A stretch of 64,000 nucleotides of DNA, taken from assembly GCA_049674665.1 (NCBI GenBank), contig JBATZM010000032.1, positions 16,987 through 80,986 on the forward strand, given 5' to 3'. This DNA comes from Terriglobales bacterium (GTDB lineage: Bacteria; Acidobacteriota; Terriglobia; Terriglobales; Acidobacteriaceae). Shown piece by piece: positions 34,352 through 42,984 of the stretch. A program made the position numbers and the translations under genes. Numbering within the stretch: the first letter of the stretch is position 1; every line of letters begins with the position of its first letter. The notes beneath the pieces are model-generated. The model was not told the DNA's origin, searched no databases, and worked only from the letters and a program-made list of their open reading frames with translations.

Positions 34352-35146
34352 ATGGGACGTGTTATCGCAGTTGCCAACCAGAAGGGTGGCGTCGGCAAGA
34401 CTACGACCGCCATCAACCTAGCCGCATCCCTTGCCGCCGCCGAGGTCAATACTTTGCTCGTGGATTGCGATCCGCAATCGAACTCCACCAGCGGATTGGG
34501 TCTGGTGAAGAATCCGGAACGCATCAGCATCTACGACGTGATAATGGGCATCGCCTCCGCCGAGGAGGCGCTACAACTTACTGAACTTGAACAGCTGTGG
34601 CTGATTCCATCGCACAAAAATTTGATCGGCGCAAACATTGAACTGGTGGCGGCGGAGCGGCGCGAGTATCGTCTCCGCGATGCGCTCGCAGGCTTGCTTG
34701 ATCGTTTCCAATTCATCGTGCTGGACTGTCCGCCCGCTCTTGATCTCCTAACATTAAACGCGCTCGTCGCCGCCGACGGTATCTTGATCCCGATGCAGGC
34801 GGAGTACTTTGCTCTCGAAGGTGTGTCGGAGTTGCTCGACACCATCGAAAGGATTCGCGTTGAACTGAATCCAAGACTGGCGGTTGAAGGAGTGGTGCTT
34901 ACTATGTTCGATGAGCGCACCAACCTGGCTCAACAAGTCGCGGAGGAACTGAAGAAATATTTTGGCGACAAACTTTGCACTACCACGATCCCGCGGAATA
35001 TAAGGCTCGCCGAAGCTCCCAGCCATGGACAGCCGGCACTGGTGTATGACGTCCGTTCGCGTGGCGCGGAGAGCTACATACGTCTGGCTAAGGAGATTCT
35101 GGACCGCCAGGCGGCCGCGGTTAGCGGGTCGGGGGAAGCAGCTTAA
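34352..35146 (+). CDS. parA: chromosome partitioning ATPase ParA/Soj
   Basis: [20 protein letters not shown] (deviant Walker A) and IVLDCPPAL. Start at ATG 34352 (MGRVIAV); the track start 34250 lies inside a parS site. Confidence 0.95.
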   Translation: MGRVIAVANQKGGVGKTTTAINLAASLAAAEVNTLLVDCDPQSNSTSGLGLVKNPERISIYDVIMGIASAEEALQLTELEQLWLIPSHKNLIGANIELVAAERREYRLRDALAGLLDRFQFIVLDCPPALDLLTLNALVAADGILIPMQAEYFALEGVSELLDTIERIRVELNPRLAVEGVVLTMFDERTNLAQQVAEELKKYFGDKLCTTTIPRNIRLAEAPSHGQPALVYDVRSRGAESYIRLAKEILDRQAAAVSGSGEAA

Positions 35147-35209
35147 ATCGATTGATATAAATATTTATGTTAATCAATATATGTTGGGCGGAAAGCGGTT
35201 CAGGCCGTA

Positions 35210-35236
35210 GGAGTCCTTCGACTCCGCCAGGATGAC
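35210..35236 (-). repeat. family B repeat, the only reverse-oriented copy I found
   Basis: The reverse complement reads GTCATCCTGGCGGAGTCGAAGGACTCC. It lies between parA and parB. Confidence 0.8.
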
Positions 35237-35274
35237 ATTTTATAAAGAGATGACACCAAGAGAGGGCACAGTTG

Positions 35275-36399
35275 ATGACTACATTGAATGCGGCGGTGGA
35301 CAAGACGGCGGAGAAGGGACCCGAGAAGCTGGCGGAAAAGCGGCGGGCTTTGGGCCGGGGATTGGAGTCTTTGTTGCCGGGACCGCGAGTTGTGCCGACG
35401 GCTCCTACGCTTCCTGCGAGTTCTCAGTTCCCGGTGCCCGGTGCCCGGGAAACTGACTCTTCTTCAGCCGCAAACCCTTCTTCCGTCGCCAACCCAGGGC
35501 AGCCGGGAGTGATTGCGGAGCTCCACGCAGCCGGGCGGACGCCGGAAGGCGAGCCGATTGTTCTGCTGGACCTCGATCAGATCGGCCAGAATCCGCACCA
35601 GACACGGCAGGAGTTCGATACGAAGGCGCTCACGGACCTGGCCGGTTCGATCCAGGCGCAGGGAGTGCTGCAGCCGATCGTAGTGCGGCCGCGGCCGGCT
35701 GGCCCGACAGCGTCGGAGAACGTAACGCCAGCGAACGTAACAGCGGAGAAGAAGGAACGTTTCCTGCTCATTCTGGGCGAGCGGCGTTTCCGCGCGTCGA
35801 AGATCGCGGGGAAGACGACGATTCCGGCGATTGTGCAGCGGGTTTCGGAGCAGCAGGCGGCGGAGATGACGCTGGTGGAGAACCTGCAGCGGCAGGATCT
35901 GGATTGCCTGGAGCAGGCCACGGCCTTCGCCAACCTGAGCACGGAATTCAAGATGACACAGGAAGACATTGGGAAACGGGTGGGAATATCGCGGGAACAG
36001 GTATCGAATTATCTGCGCCTGCTGAAGCTTCCGCCCGAAGTGCAACTGGCACTGCACAGGAAAGAGTTGACCTACAGCCATGCGCGATTGTTGCTGTCCT
36101 TAGAGAGCGACGAGCAGGTCCTGAAAGTAGCGCGGGTGGTGATCGCCAGGAAGATGTCAGTGGCGCTGCTGCAAGATTTGGTGATGGACGTCCACACGCC
36201 GAAGGCGTTCCCGACAGAGCCAAAAGAGGGCGGGGCTCGCTGGGTGGACCCGAATGTAAAAGCGGCGCAGCGGTCGCTGGAGACAGTGCTGGGGATGCGA
36301 GTGCGTATCCGGGATCGGAAAGGGAAAGGGAAGATCACGATTGAGTATGGAACGCTGGAAGATTTTGACCGGGTGGTAACGATGTTGAAGGGGAACTAG
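35275..36399 (+). CDS. parB: chromosome partitioning protein ParB/Spo0J
   Basis: GRGLESLLP, QNPHQTRQEFD, GVLQPIVVRP, LILGERRFRASKIAG, LVENLQRQDL. It has a longer N-terminal linker and an insertion of about 20 aa (RPAGPTASENVTPANVTAEKKE) relative to typical ParB. Confidence 0.93.
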   Translation: MTTLNAAVDKTAEKGPEKLAEKRRALGRGLESLLPGPRVVPTAPTLPASSQFPVPGARETDSSSAANPSSVANPGQPGVIAELHAAGRTPEGEPIVLLDLDQIGQNPHQTRQEFDTKALTDLAGSIQAQGVLQPIVVRPRPAGPTASENVTPANVTAEKKERFLLILGERRFRASKIAGKTTIPAIVQRVSEQQAAEMTLVENLQRQDLDCLEQATAFANLSTEFKMTQEDIGKRVGISREQVSNYLRLLKLPPEVQLALHRKELTYSHARLLLSLESDEQVLKVARVVIARKMSVALLQDLVMDVHTPKAFPTEPKEGGARWVDPNVKAAQRSLETVLGMRVRIRDRKGKGKITIEYGTLEDFDRVVTMLKGN

Positions 36400-36403
36400 G
36401 GCA

Positions 36404-36430
36404 GGTTTCAGAGTTTCAAGGTTTCAAAAA
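36404..36430 (+). repeat. octad tandem repeat after parB
   Basis: GGTTTCAG AGTTTCAA GGTTTCAA AAA. Confidence 0.7.
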
Positions 36431-36529
36431 AGCGGCTTTCTTGACGGTTTACGCATGTCCGAGTGATAGTTTGTCCCATTTTTTACTTTTCTGATTCTTC
36501 CTGGCTGAAGTCTGGGCGCCACCCGCCGC

Positions 36530-37057
36530 TTACCTCAATTCAAACGAATCCAGAAATGAATCTATGCCAGAACGGTCCTTGCCCTCGATCGCCAGGCCAT
36601 CGACCAGGTAAATGCGTTTCTGACGCTTGACGAAGATGAGTTTTATATCTACGACGACAACAAACGAGACATGGTCAGTGTATCGATCAGAGTCTCTTCT
36701 GGTGAGGAAGGTCGCGGTTGCGACAAGAGTCGAATGCCCCTGAAATTTGGTGTAAGAACTGACACCTGCCTGGGTCATGCCGCCGCTCTCGAGGACTTCT
36801 GCGAGTTTCGCTTCCATGAATGCTTTGCTGATCTCCTCCGGCATCACCACATTTCTGAATACTTTCACCTGCGCTTCCCACGCCCCGCCTGGAGGACTGG
36901 CGCGAAAGAGAGATACGTCCGGCGCTATTTGTGAATGGGCGACGTCTGCGGGAAAAGAAGCAGCGAAGCCGAATTCGTTAGAGACGTACCTGTCGGCAGC
37001 CGACGCAAAAGTGGCGATCAGTATCACAAAGAGGGGGAGTAAGATTTTTGCCTTCAT
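36530..37057 (-). CDS. hypothetical secreted protein
   Basis: Only the part from ATG 37057 is credible: MKAKILLPLFVILIATFASAADRYV... (signal peptide). 175 aa, GC looks lower than the neighbours. Confidence 0.5.
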   Translation of the reverse strand: MKAKILLPLFVILIATFASAADRYVSNEFGFAASFPADVAHSQIAPDVSLFRASPPGGAWEAQVKVFRNVVMPEEISKAFMEAKLAEVLESGGMTQAGVSSYTKFQGHSTLVATATFLTRRDSDRYTDHVSFVVVVDIKLIFVKRQKRIYLVDGLAIEGKDRSGIDSFLDSFELR

Positions 37058-37544
37058 TGTCGCCTCGCGGAAATCCCCGGACGCATCGTTCGAACTCGAT
37101 GCTCCTACGAGCATATGACGCTGGCTGGGCAAGGAAAAGTGACGAAGGTTTGTCAGCTGGCGAAAAATCGTCATTAGACACTCATTGATTTGAAGCCTTG
37201 CGGTAACGCTGAAGCGATACCCTGATGTCCCGATACCCCGTACCCTGATATGAAGACTGAGTTCTTTTGCGGCTGCTGAGCCACTTCCTCTTCCAAAAAA
37301 CCTGCCTTTGAACGTCTGCGGTGGGAGATTGCGCTTGTTCATGACTCTTTTCATTACCGGAGCACTGGGGGAATCTACGACGTAATAAGTGGGATCCTGG
37401 TAGAGGAATGAGGCACGGCGGCAAACGTCGGTTTGGGAATGGTGGGACCTCGCGTTGATGGGTGGGATTTTTTCACGGGATCTATCACGGGGACGCGAGA
37501 GCATCTCTGGAGTAATAAGTGGGAGTCGGCGGTTGGGAAGGTTT

Positions 37545-37590
37545 CCCAGCGCTGAAGCGCTGGGCTATGCTTGGTCGCCCCTCCGGGGGC
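37545..37590 (+). repeat. double-hairpin REP-like element
   Basis: CCCAGCGCTGAAGCGCTGGG (8-bp stem) ... GCCCCTCCGGGGGC (5-bp stem). Confidence 0.75.
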
Positions 37591-37896
37591 TGGTCTGGGG
37601 TGCTTTCGAGCGTGAATTTTGGCCTTTTGTTCAGTGCTCCACTGGCCTTGTTCCGCTCCACGGCTCCGTCGATGGCGATCCTTTCCCACTTGTAGCTTTG
37701 CTGATTCTCCCCGTCCGGCGGTGAATTTCTTTTTATCATGCGGCGCTCCAACGGAGCGGCTGAAGCCACTCGCCTTCAAAATAAAATCAAAGATTTGAGT
37801 TCTCCTCTACAAGCTTGGCTGTCGCGGGTCGCTTGGCGGCTTTGATTTTGGTATTGTCGCTTGGGCTGACTTCTTGCGCGGATTGGTGACGGCGAT

Positions 37897-39762
37897 ATGG
37901 GAATTTTTAATGTTTTGTTTGGGCGGCCTTTGGCTTCGTCCGAGGATGAGGGACAGCGAATTTCGCCGACTCAGGGAATCCCTACTTTTGGCCTGGATGC
38001 TTTAAGTTCCGCGGCGTACGGTCCCGAGGCGGCTTTAACGATCTTGCTGCCTTTGGCGTTGGTGGGAGTGCGCTACATTGTGCCGCTTACTTTTGGAATC
38101 ATTGCGCTGCTGATAATTGTTTATTTCAGTTATAGGCAGACGATTGCGGCTTATCCCATGGGCGGTGGATCGTACACCGTCGCCAAAGAAAACCTGGGGA
38201 ACGGCGCGGGCTTGCTGGCAGGCGCGGCTTTGATGATCGACTACCTGCTAAACGTGGCGGTGGGAATTTCGGCGGGAATTGGAGCTTTGGTTTCGGCGGT
38301 TCCTTCTTTGCTGCCCCATACTTTGGCCATGTGTTTGACGGTCCTGGTCATATTGACGGTCGTCAATCTTCGCGGAGTTAAGGAGGCGGGCACGGCTTTT
38401 GTGGCTCCTACTTATTTGTTTGTAGGAACTTTGATAGTGGTGATTCTAATTGGGTTTTATAAGGTAGTCGTTTCGGGAGGACATCCGGTAGCAGTGGTCT
38501 CTCCCCCGCAGGCGTTGCCGTCGGCTTTGCAGGCTGTCGGACTTTGGATTCTGGTTCGGGCATTTGCCTCGGGCTGCACAGCTTTGACCGGCGTAGAAGC
38601 GGTCAGCAATGGCGTGCAGGCTTTTCGCAAGCCTGTGGTTCCAGCAGCTCGGGCTACTTTGACGGCGATCATTGCGATTCTGGTTGTGCTGCTGGGTGGA
38701 ATCGCGGTGCTGGTGAAGTATTACGGAATTATGGCTACGGATCCGGGCGCTCCGGGTTATCAGAGTGTGTTATCGATGTTGACGGCGGCAGTGGCCGGCA
38801 AAGGGTTTTTTTACGATGTGACAATGTTCTCGGTTTTGCTGGTGCTGTGTTTGTCGGCGAATACTTCGTTCGCAGATTTTCCTCGGCTGTGCCGCATGAT
38901 CGCTCGAGACGATTTTCTTCCCCATTCTTTGACTACGCGCGGACGGCGGCTGGTTTTCTCGCAGGGAATCTGGGCTTTGGCGATTCTTGCGGCGTTGTTG
39001 CTCACTCTGTTTGGCGGCGTGACGGACCGGTTGATTCCCCTATTCGCAGTCGGCGCGTTTATGGCTTTCACCTTGTCGCAGGCGGGAATGGTGGGGCATT
39101 GGCTTAGAACTGCGAAGGGATGGGAGGCTTGGCACAGCATCCTGGTAAATGGGCTGGGAGCTTTTGCTACGGGCCTCACGATGCTGGTGATCGTGGTAGC
39201 CAAATTTGTCGAAGGAGCTTGGGTGGTGGTGCTGCTGTTGCCGGCGGCGCTGCTGTTTATGGGACGGGTGCGGCGTCATTATGAACTCGCAAATGAAGAA
39301 GTAGCTCTAAAGGATGGAATGGTCCTGCGTGCGGAAAATCTGACGCCGCCGATTGTGCTGGTTCCGGTGGACCGATGGAACGCCGCCACCGAGAAGGCTC
39401 TGCAGTTTGCTATGACGCTGTCTCCGGATGTGGAGGCGGTGCACGTGACGTGCGACTCGGACGAAAACAAGCCGCCGTGGCAGTGGGCGGAGCAGCCACC
39501 GGCGGGGATGCGCCCTCCGAAGCTTGTAACATTACCTTCGCCGTTTCGACTGGTCGTGCATCCGATCGTGGATTATGTGTTGAAGGTGGAAAAAGAGAAT
39601 CCGAAGCGGACAATTGCGGTAGTGATTGCGACCATGGTGGAGCAGCACTGGTATCACTATTTTCTGCACAATCAGCGGGGACAAATGCTGACCGCGCTCC
39701 TGCTGCTCGGTGGGGATGAGCGCATCAATATTATTAATGTGCCTTGGCATTTGAAGGCGTGA
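37897..39762 (+). CDS. kimA: KimA-type K+ transporter (APC superfamily permease with cytoplasmic C-terminal domain)
   Basis: Collinear with my recollection of B. subtilis KimA: FGRPLASSEDEGQRIS, LDALSSAAYGPE, YRQTIAAYPMGGGSYTVAKENLG, FASGCTALTGVEAVSNGVQAFRKP, ANTSFADFPRL, LIPLFAVGAF, plus a soluble tail of about 170 aa. The substrate is inferred from the family only. Confidence 0.75.
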   Translation: MGIFNVLFGRPLASSEDEGQRISPTQGIPTFGLDALSSAAYGPEAALTILLPLALVGVRYIVPLTFGIIALLIIVYFSYRQTIAAYPMGGGSYTVAKENLGNGAGLLAGAALMIDYLLNVAVGISAGIGALVSAVPSLLPHTLAMCLTVLVILTVVNLRGVKEAGTAFVAPTYLFVGTLIVVILIGFYKVVVSGGHPVAVVSPPQALPSALQAVGLWILVRAFASGCTALTGVEAVSNGVQAFRKPVVPAARATLTAIIAILVVLLGGIAVLVKYYGIMATDPGAPGYQSVLSMLTAAVAGKGFFYDVTMFSVLLVLCLSANTSFADFPRLCRMIARDDFLPHSLTTRGRRLVFSQGIWALAILAALLLTLFGGVTDRLIPLFAVGAFMAFTLSQAGMVGHWLRTAKGWEAWHSILVNGLGAFATGLTMLVIVVAKFVEGAWVVVLLLPAALLFMGRVRRHYELANEEVALKDGMVLRAENLTPPIVLVPVDRWNAATEKALQFAMTLSPDVEAVHVTCDSDENKPPWQWAEQPPAGMRPPKLVTLPSPFRLVVHPIVDYVLKVEKENPKRTIAVVIATMVEQHWYHYFLHNQRGQMLTALLLLGGDERINIINVPWHLKA

Positions 39763-39766
39763 AGGC

Positions 39767-39850
39767 AGCCGTCAGCCATCAGTAAGTGCAAGATCAAAAA
39801 CTTGATCGTTTACCGCTGACGACTGATCGCTAAGGACTTGGCTGACGGCT
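39767..39850. repeat. heptad-arm palindromic module (no gene inside)
   Basis: AGCCGTCAGCCATCAGTAAG ... AAGATCAAAAACTTGATC ... CGCTGACGACTGATCGCT ... CTTGGCTGACGGCT, between the convergent kimA-like and SDR genes. Confidence 0.75.
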
Positions 39851-39852
39851 CT

Positions 39853-40626
39853 CTAGCGCCCGCCGGTTACGTCCAGGATAGCTCCGGTTACATAGCTGGC
39901 TTCTTCGGAGAGCAGCCATAGGATGGCGTTGGCTACCTCTTCGGGTTGTCCTCCGCGCTGCATGGGGACTTGGACTTTTACGCGTTCGATGCGGTTGGGC
40001 TCGCCTCCCTGGGCGTGGATGTCGGTGTAGATGAAGCCGGGGCGGACGGCGTTGACGCGGATTTTTTCTTCGGCTACTTCTTTGGCCAGACCAATTGTCA
40101 GAACATCTATGGCGCCTTTGGTGGCAGCGTAGTCGATGTATTCGTTAGGCGAGCCGAAGCGGGCTGCTCCCGACGAAACGTTGACTATGCTGCCGCCTTG
40201 GCCCCCGTACTTGGTGGACATACGGCGAACCGCTTCGCGGGCGCAGAAGAAACTTCCAAAAACATTGATCGCAAAAATGCGTTGAAGGCGGGCCGCATCG
40301 ATGGCATCGAGACGCGTCTGGCGTTCGACGGTGCCGGCATTGTTGACGAGTGCAGTGACTGACCCTAGTTGACTCGTGGTGGAATCGAAGAGGCGAACCA
40401 CTTCGGCTTCATTGCTTACGTCCGCTTGGATGGCTACGGCAGTGCCGCCCTTTTGTTGGATGGCGGACACTACTTCGTCGGCGGCTTTCTGCTGACTGAG
40501 ATAGTTGACGCAGACATGGAATCCGCGGGCTGCAGCGAGGTGGGCGGTGGCCGCTCCTATGCCGCGGCTGGCGCCGGTGATGATCAGAACTGGGGAGTTA
40601 TCGGCGGCCATGGTGAATTGGTTCAC
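39853..40626 (-). CDS. SDR family oxidoreductase
   Basis: VLIITGASRGIGAATA (TGxxxGxG) and catalytic YxxxK in YAATKGAIDVLT. Confidence 0.9.
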   Translation of the reverse strand: MNQFTMAADNSPVLIITGASRGIGAATAHLAAARGFHVCVNYLSQQKAADEVVSAIQQKGGTAVAIQADVSNEAEVVRLFDSTTSQLGSVTALVNNAGTVERQTRLDAIDAARLQRIFAINVFGSFFCAREAVRRMSTKYGGQGGSIVNVSSGAARFGSPNEYIDYAATKGAIDVLTIGLAKEVAEEKIRVNAVRPGFIYTDIHAQGGEPNRIERVKVQVPMQRGGQPEEVANAILWLLSEEASYVTGAILDVTGGR

Positions 40627-41054
40627 ACTCTCCAGTTATCGGGACGCCAGTGCTGGATTGCTTTCTTAATCTCGAGTCCCGAGAGCTTTTCATTGAGTGC
40701 CTTCGTGGCCAGCGCAGGTAGTTCAGCGTCAGACGCAAAGCGCAAGGCTATGAGTTGCGACTCTGTGAATTCTGGGATGCGAGAACGAAGGGATGCGTCG
40801 AGCAAGGTCGCGAGGCGCAATCTTTCCTCCAGGCGGATTACGCGATCCTGCACCTTGATGGGATACATTCGGACTTTGAAGATAGCAACTATTACCGCGA
40901 TCACTACTACGATCAACCATGCTGAATGCAGTCCCGGCCTTCTGACCAGATGGACGATGGTCAGGATCAGCGTAATCGCGAATACAGGCAGAATGAAGAA
41001 GTGGAAGAGCGGATCGTAACGCGTGTAATTCGAAAAATTCTGGGGATCGGCCAT
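40623..41054 (-). CDS. hypothetical two-TM membrane protein
   Basis: MADPQNFSNYTRYDPLFHFFILPVFAITLILTIVHL...WLIVVVIAVIVAIF, then a helical soluble tail. Its stop overlaps the SDR start by 4 nt. Confidence 0.6.
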   Translation of the reverse strand: MADPQNFSNYTRYDPLFHFFILPVFAITLILTIVHLVRRPGLHSAWLIVVVIAVIVAIFKVRMYPIKVQDRVIRLEERLRLATLLDASLRSRIPEFTESQLIALRFASDAELPALATKALNEKLSGLEIKKAIQHWRPDNWRV

Positions 41055-41126
41055 TGGGGAGTAGCTCCTTGATGAAACTCACCCCATGATCGCACAGACA
41101 CACCGGCCTCATCATTTAGTACAGCG

Positions 41127-42233
41127 TCAATACAGGTGGAAACTGACTTCGATGTTGACCTGAACCGCCACGGGATGACCGTCCAATATCGCGGGTTCGA
41201 ACTTCCATTGCTTAACTGCCTCGATGGCGTTTTGATCGAGACCCATGCCTACCGAACGTATTACACGGATATCGCCCGGCCTGCCATCGGACCCGACTAC
41301 CACCCAGAGCATTACTGTTCCCTGGAACTTGGCGTGGCGAGCCTCTTCGGAATAGTCCGGGTCCGGAGAGTAAATTGCTTTGGGTGCAGATACCCCGCCG
41401 CCCACGCGAAACGCGCCCCCACCAGTGCCACCGCCAGATCCCGGACCAAAGCCGGGCCCTTGTCCGCTGCCAACTCCTCCGCCATGGCCCCTCCCGATTC
41501 CACTACCGATTCCAGTTCCATTCGAGGGCGCTTGAAGAATCGCGGAGAGTGGATTACCGATTTGAGACGTCGGCGGAGCGGTCAGTTCGGGCGACCCCAC
41601 AATTGTCGGACCCGCGGGAAGCTTCGGTTGCTCATTGTGCACGACTATTGCCGGCGGTGTTATTTGCTCTCGCGCGAAACGCGGCAAGCTGCCTTTTGAT
41701 TCGGACAACTTATCTCGGTCACCACCGCCTCCTCCGCCTCCGATCTTATTTGTCGATAGCGGCAGCGGATAGGCACTGATGTCCGTCAACAAAACGCTGG
41801 TCGCATGTGGCGTGAGTTGCGGTTGCCTCGCCATCCAAAACCCCGCAGTCGCAATCAGTACAATCAGCGCCGCGTGGAGCGCTGCTGAAATCGCGGAATT
41901 TCCGCGATGGACGGGATAGTTTCCATCGCCTGCTCTAAAAAGACTGGGCAGAATATCGCCGAGCTTCGCATCTCGCTGCGCTTGTCTTTGTTGCAGCTGT
42001 GGCACCTGCGGACGCGTATCAGTGAGCACCGCCCTGGGCGTCGCATGATTTTGTCCGAGCAATTCTGCTTTCAGCGCAGCCCTGAAATTGGGAGCTGGAA
42101 ACAACCGCAGCTCGGCCGCGATCCCCAATAGCTCGCCGATCTTCAAATCGACCTTTGGTGGTGCAGCATCTGGTTCCGCGATCATCATTTCGATCGCATC
42201 TTCGAGCTGATCTGCCAGAGAAATGTTAGCCAT
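41127..42233 (-). CDS. putative anti-sigma factor with TonB C-terminal domain
   Basis: Located directly downstream of the ECF sigma gene. Single TM (AISAALHAALIVLIATAGFWM), a Gly-rich linker, and a TonB_C-like end (FQGTVMLWVVVGSDGRPGDIRVIRSVGMGLDQNAIEAVKQWKFEPA). Confidence 0.7.
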   Translation of the reverse strand: MANISLADQLEDAIEMMIAEPDAAPPKVDLKIGELLGIAAELRLFPAPNFRAALKAELLGQNHATPRAVLTDTRPQVPQLQQRQAQRDAKLGDILPSLFRAGDGNYPVHRGNSAISAALHAALIVLIATAGFWMARQPQLTPHATSVLLTDISAYPLPLSTNKIGGGGGGGDRDKLSESKGSLPRFAREQITPPAIVVHNEQPKLPAGPTIVGSPELTAPPTSQIGNPLSAILQAPSNGTGIGSGIGRGHGGGVGSGQGPGFGPGSGGGTGGGAFRVGGGVSAPKAIYSPDPDYSEEARHAKFQGTVMLWVVVGSDGRPGDIRVIRSVGMGLDQNAIEAVKQWKFEPAILDGHPVAVQVNIEVSFHLY

Positions 42234-42266
42234 GATTGCTCCTTACAGTCTTTGGTCTTTATTCGT

Positions 42267-42884
42267 TCACAGTTTCATTCGGTCACGAAGATTTTGCAGT
42301 GCCCGCAGTTGAAGCTGCTTGATGGCGCCTTCGCTGCGCCCAAATTCCGTCGCAATCTCGCGCAGACTTTTCTGGCCGACAAAGCGCCGGATAATTACAT
42401 GGCGCTGATCGGCTGGTAGCGTATCCACTAGTTGATAAAGCATGGCGCGCTGCTCGATGTCGTCTTCTATTCCGATCTGATCCAGGTCGTCAGCAACAAC
42501 TTCCTGCTGCGTCGCGACCCGTTGCCAGCGATCCGAAAGCACGTTTGCAGCAATCCCCAGAAGCCATGCTACGAACGGCAAGCCACGCCATTCGAAGCGC
42601 GGAAGGCTGGCTAGAGCCCGATGGAAGACATCCGCGGTCGCATCCTGCGCCTCTTCGCGGTTTCGAATGCGACAGGCGATGTAAGCGTAGACTCGGTCAA
42701 AATTGTTTTCGTAGAGCTCGGCGAAGCGTGCTGGATTCTGCCGCGCCGCCTCTACTTGCAGCTGTTCGTCATCCTTATTCTTGTTTTTATTTTCCAGGTT
42801 CTGGTTTTCCAGCGCCTTCAAGATGTTCTCCGCGGCGTTCTTAATCACATAATCCCGAAAATAGATGGAAAAGTTACGGCCCAA
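42267..42884 (-). CDS. RNA polymerase ECF-type sigma-70 factor
   Basis: Region 2 (FAELYENNFDRVYAYIACRIRNREEAQDATADVF) and region 4 (LPADQRHVIIRRFVGQKSLREIATEFGRSEGAIKQLQLRALQNLR). Confidence 0.9.
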   Translation of the reverse strand: MGRNFSIYFRDYVIKNAAENILKALENQNLENKNKNKDDEQLQVEAARQNPARFAELYENNFDRVYAYIACRIRNREEAQDATADVFHRALASLPRFEWRGLPFVAWLLGIAANVLSDRWQRVATQQEVVADDLDQIGIEDDIEQRAMLYQLVDTLPADQRHVIIRRFVGQKSLREIATEFGRSEGAIKQLQLRALQNLRDRMKL

Positions 42885-42984
42885 GTGAACTATTTTGTCG
42901 AAGGGATACCCGCAGGACTAAATCCTGCTTAGAAGTGAGATGCGGGGAAATCGGGTCAATCATTTCACCCGTTCCCGGATGAGC

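Noticed and set aside
35464-36081. 205-aa ORF on the - strand
   Set aside because: It is antisense to parB.
37058-37504. Upstream 149 aa of the 324-aa ORF 36530..37504
   Set aside because: Only the segment from ATG 37057 has a signal peptide and normal composition. The upstream part is Arg/Ser-rich and crosses repeat-like DNA.
37375-37779. ORFs of 80-134 aa in the kimA upstream gap
   Set aside because: The translations are basic and Pro/Arg-rich, and they overlap the REP-like double hairpin. No start-site context or motif was found. They are kept only as part of the unexplained-gap finding.
37600-37896. Possible c-di-AMP (ydaO-type) riboswitch in front of the kimA-like gene
   Set aside because: I expected it from the Bacillus precedent. 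I could not find the conserved cores (ACGGGG..GAAUC twice, CCGA..CCG.CAGCUAAC). Only vague GGYGNGAAUUU resemblances are present, and a covariance-model scan is needed to be sure.
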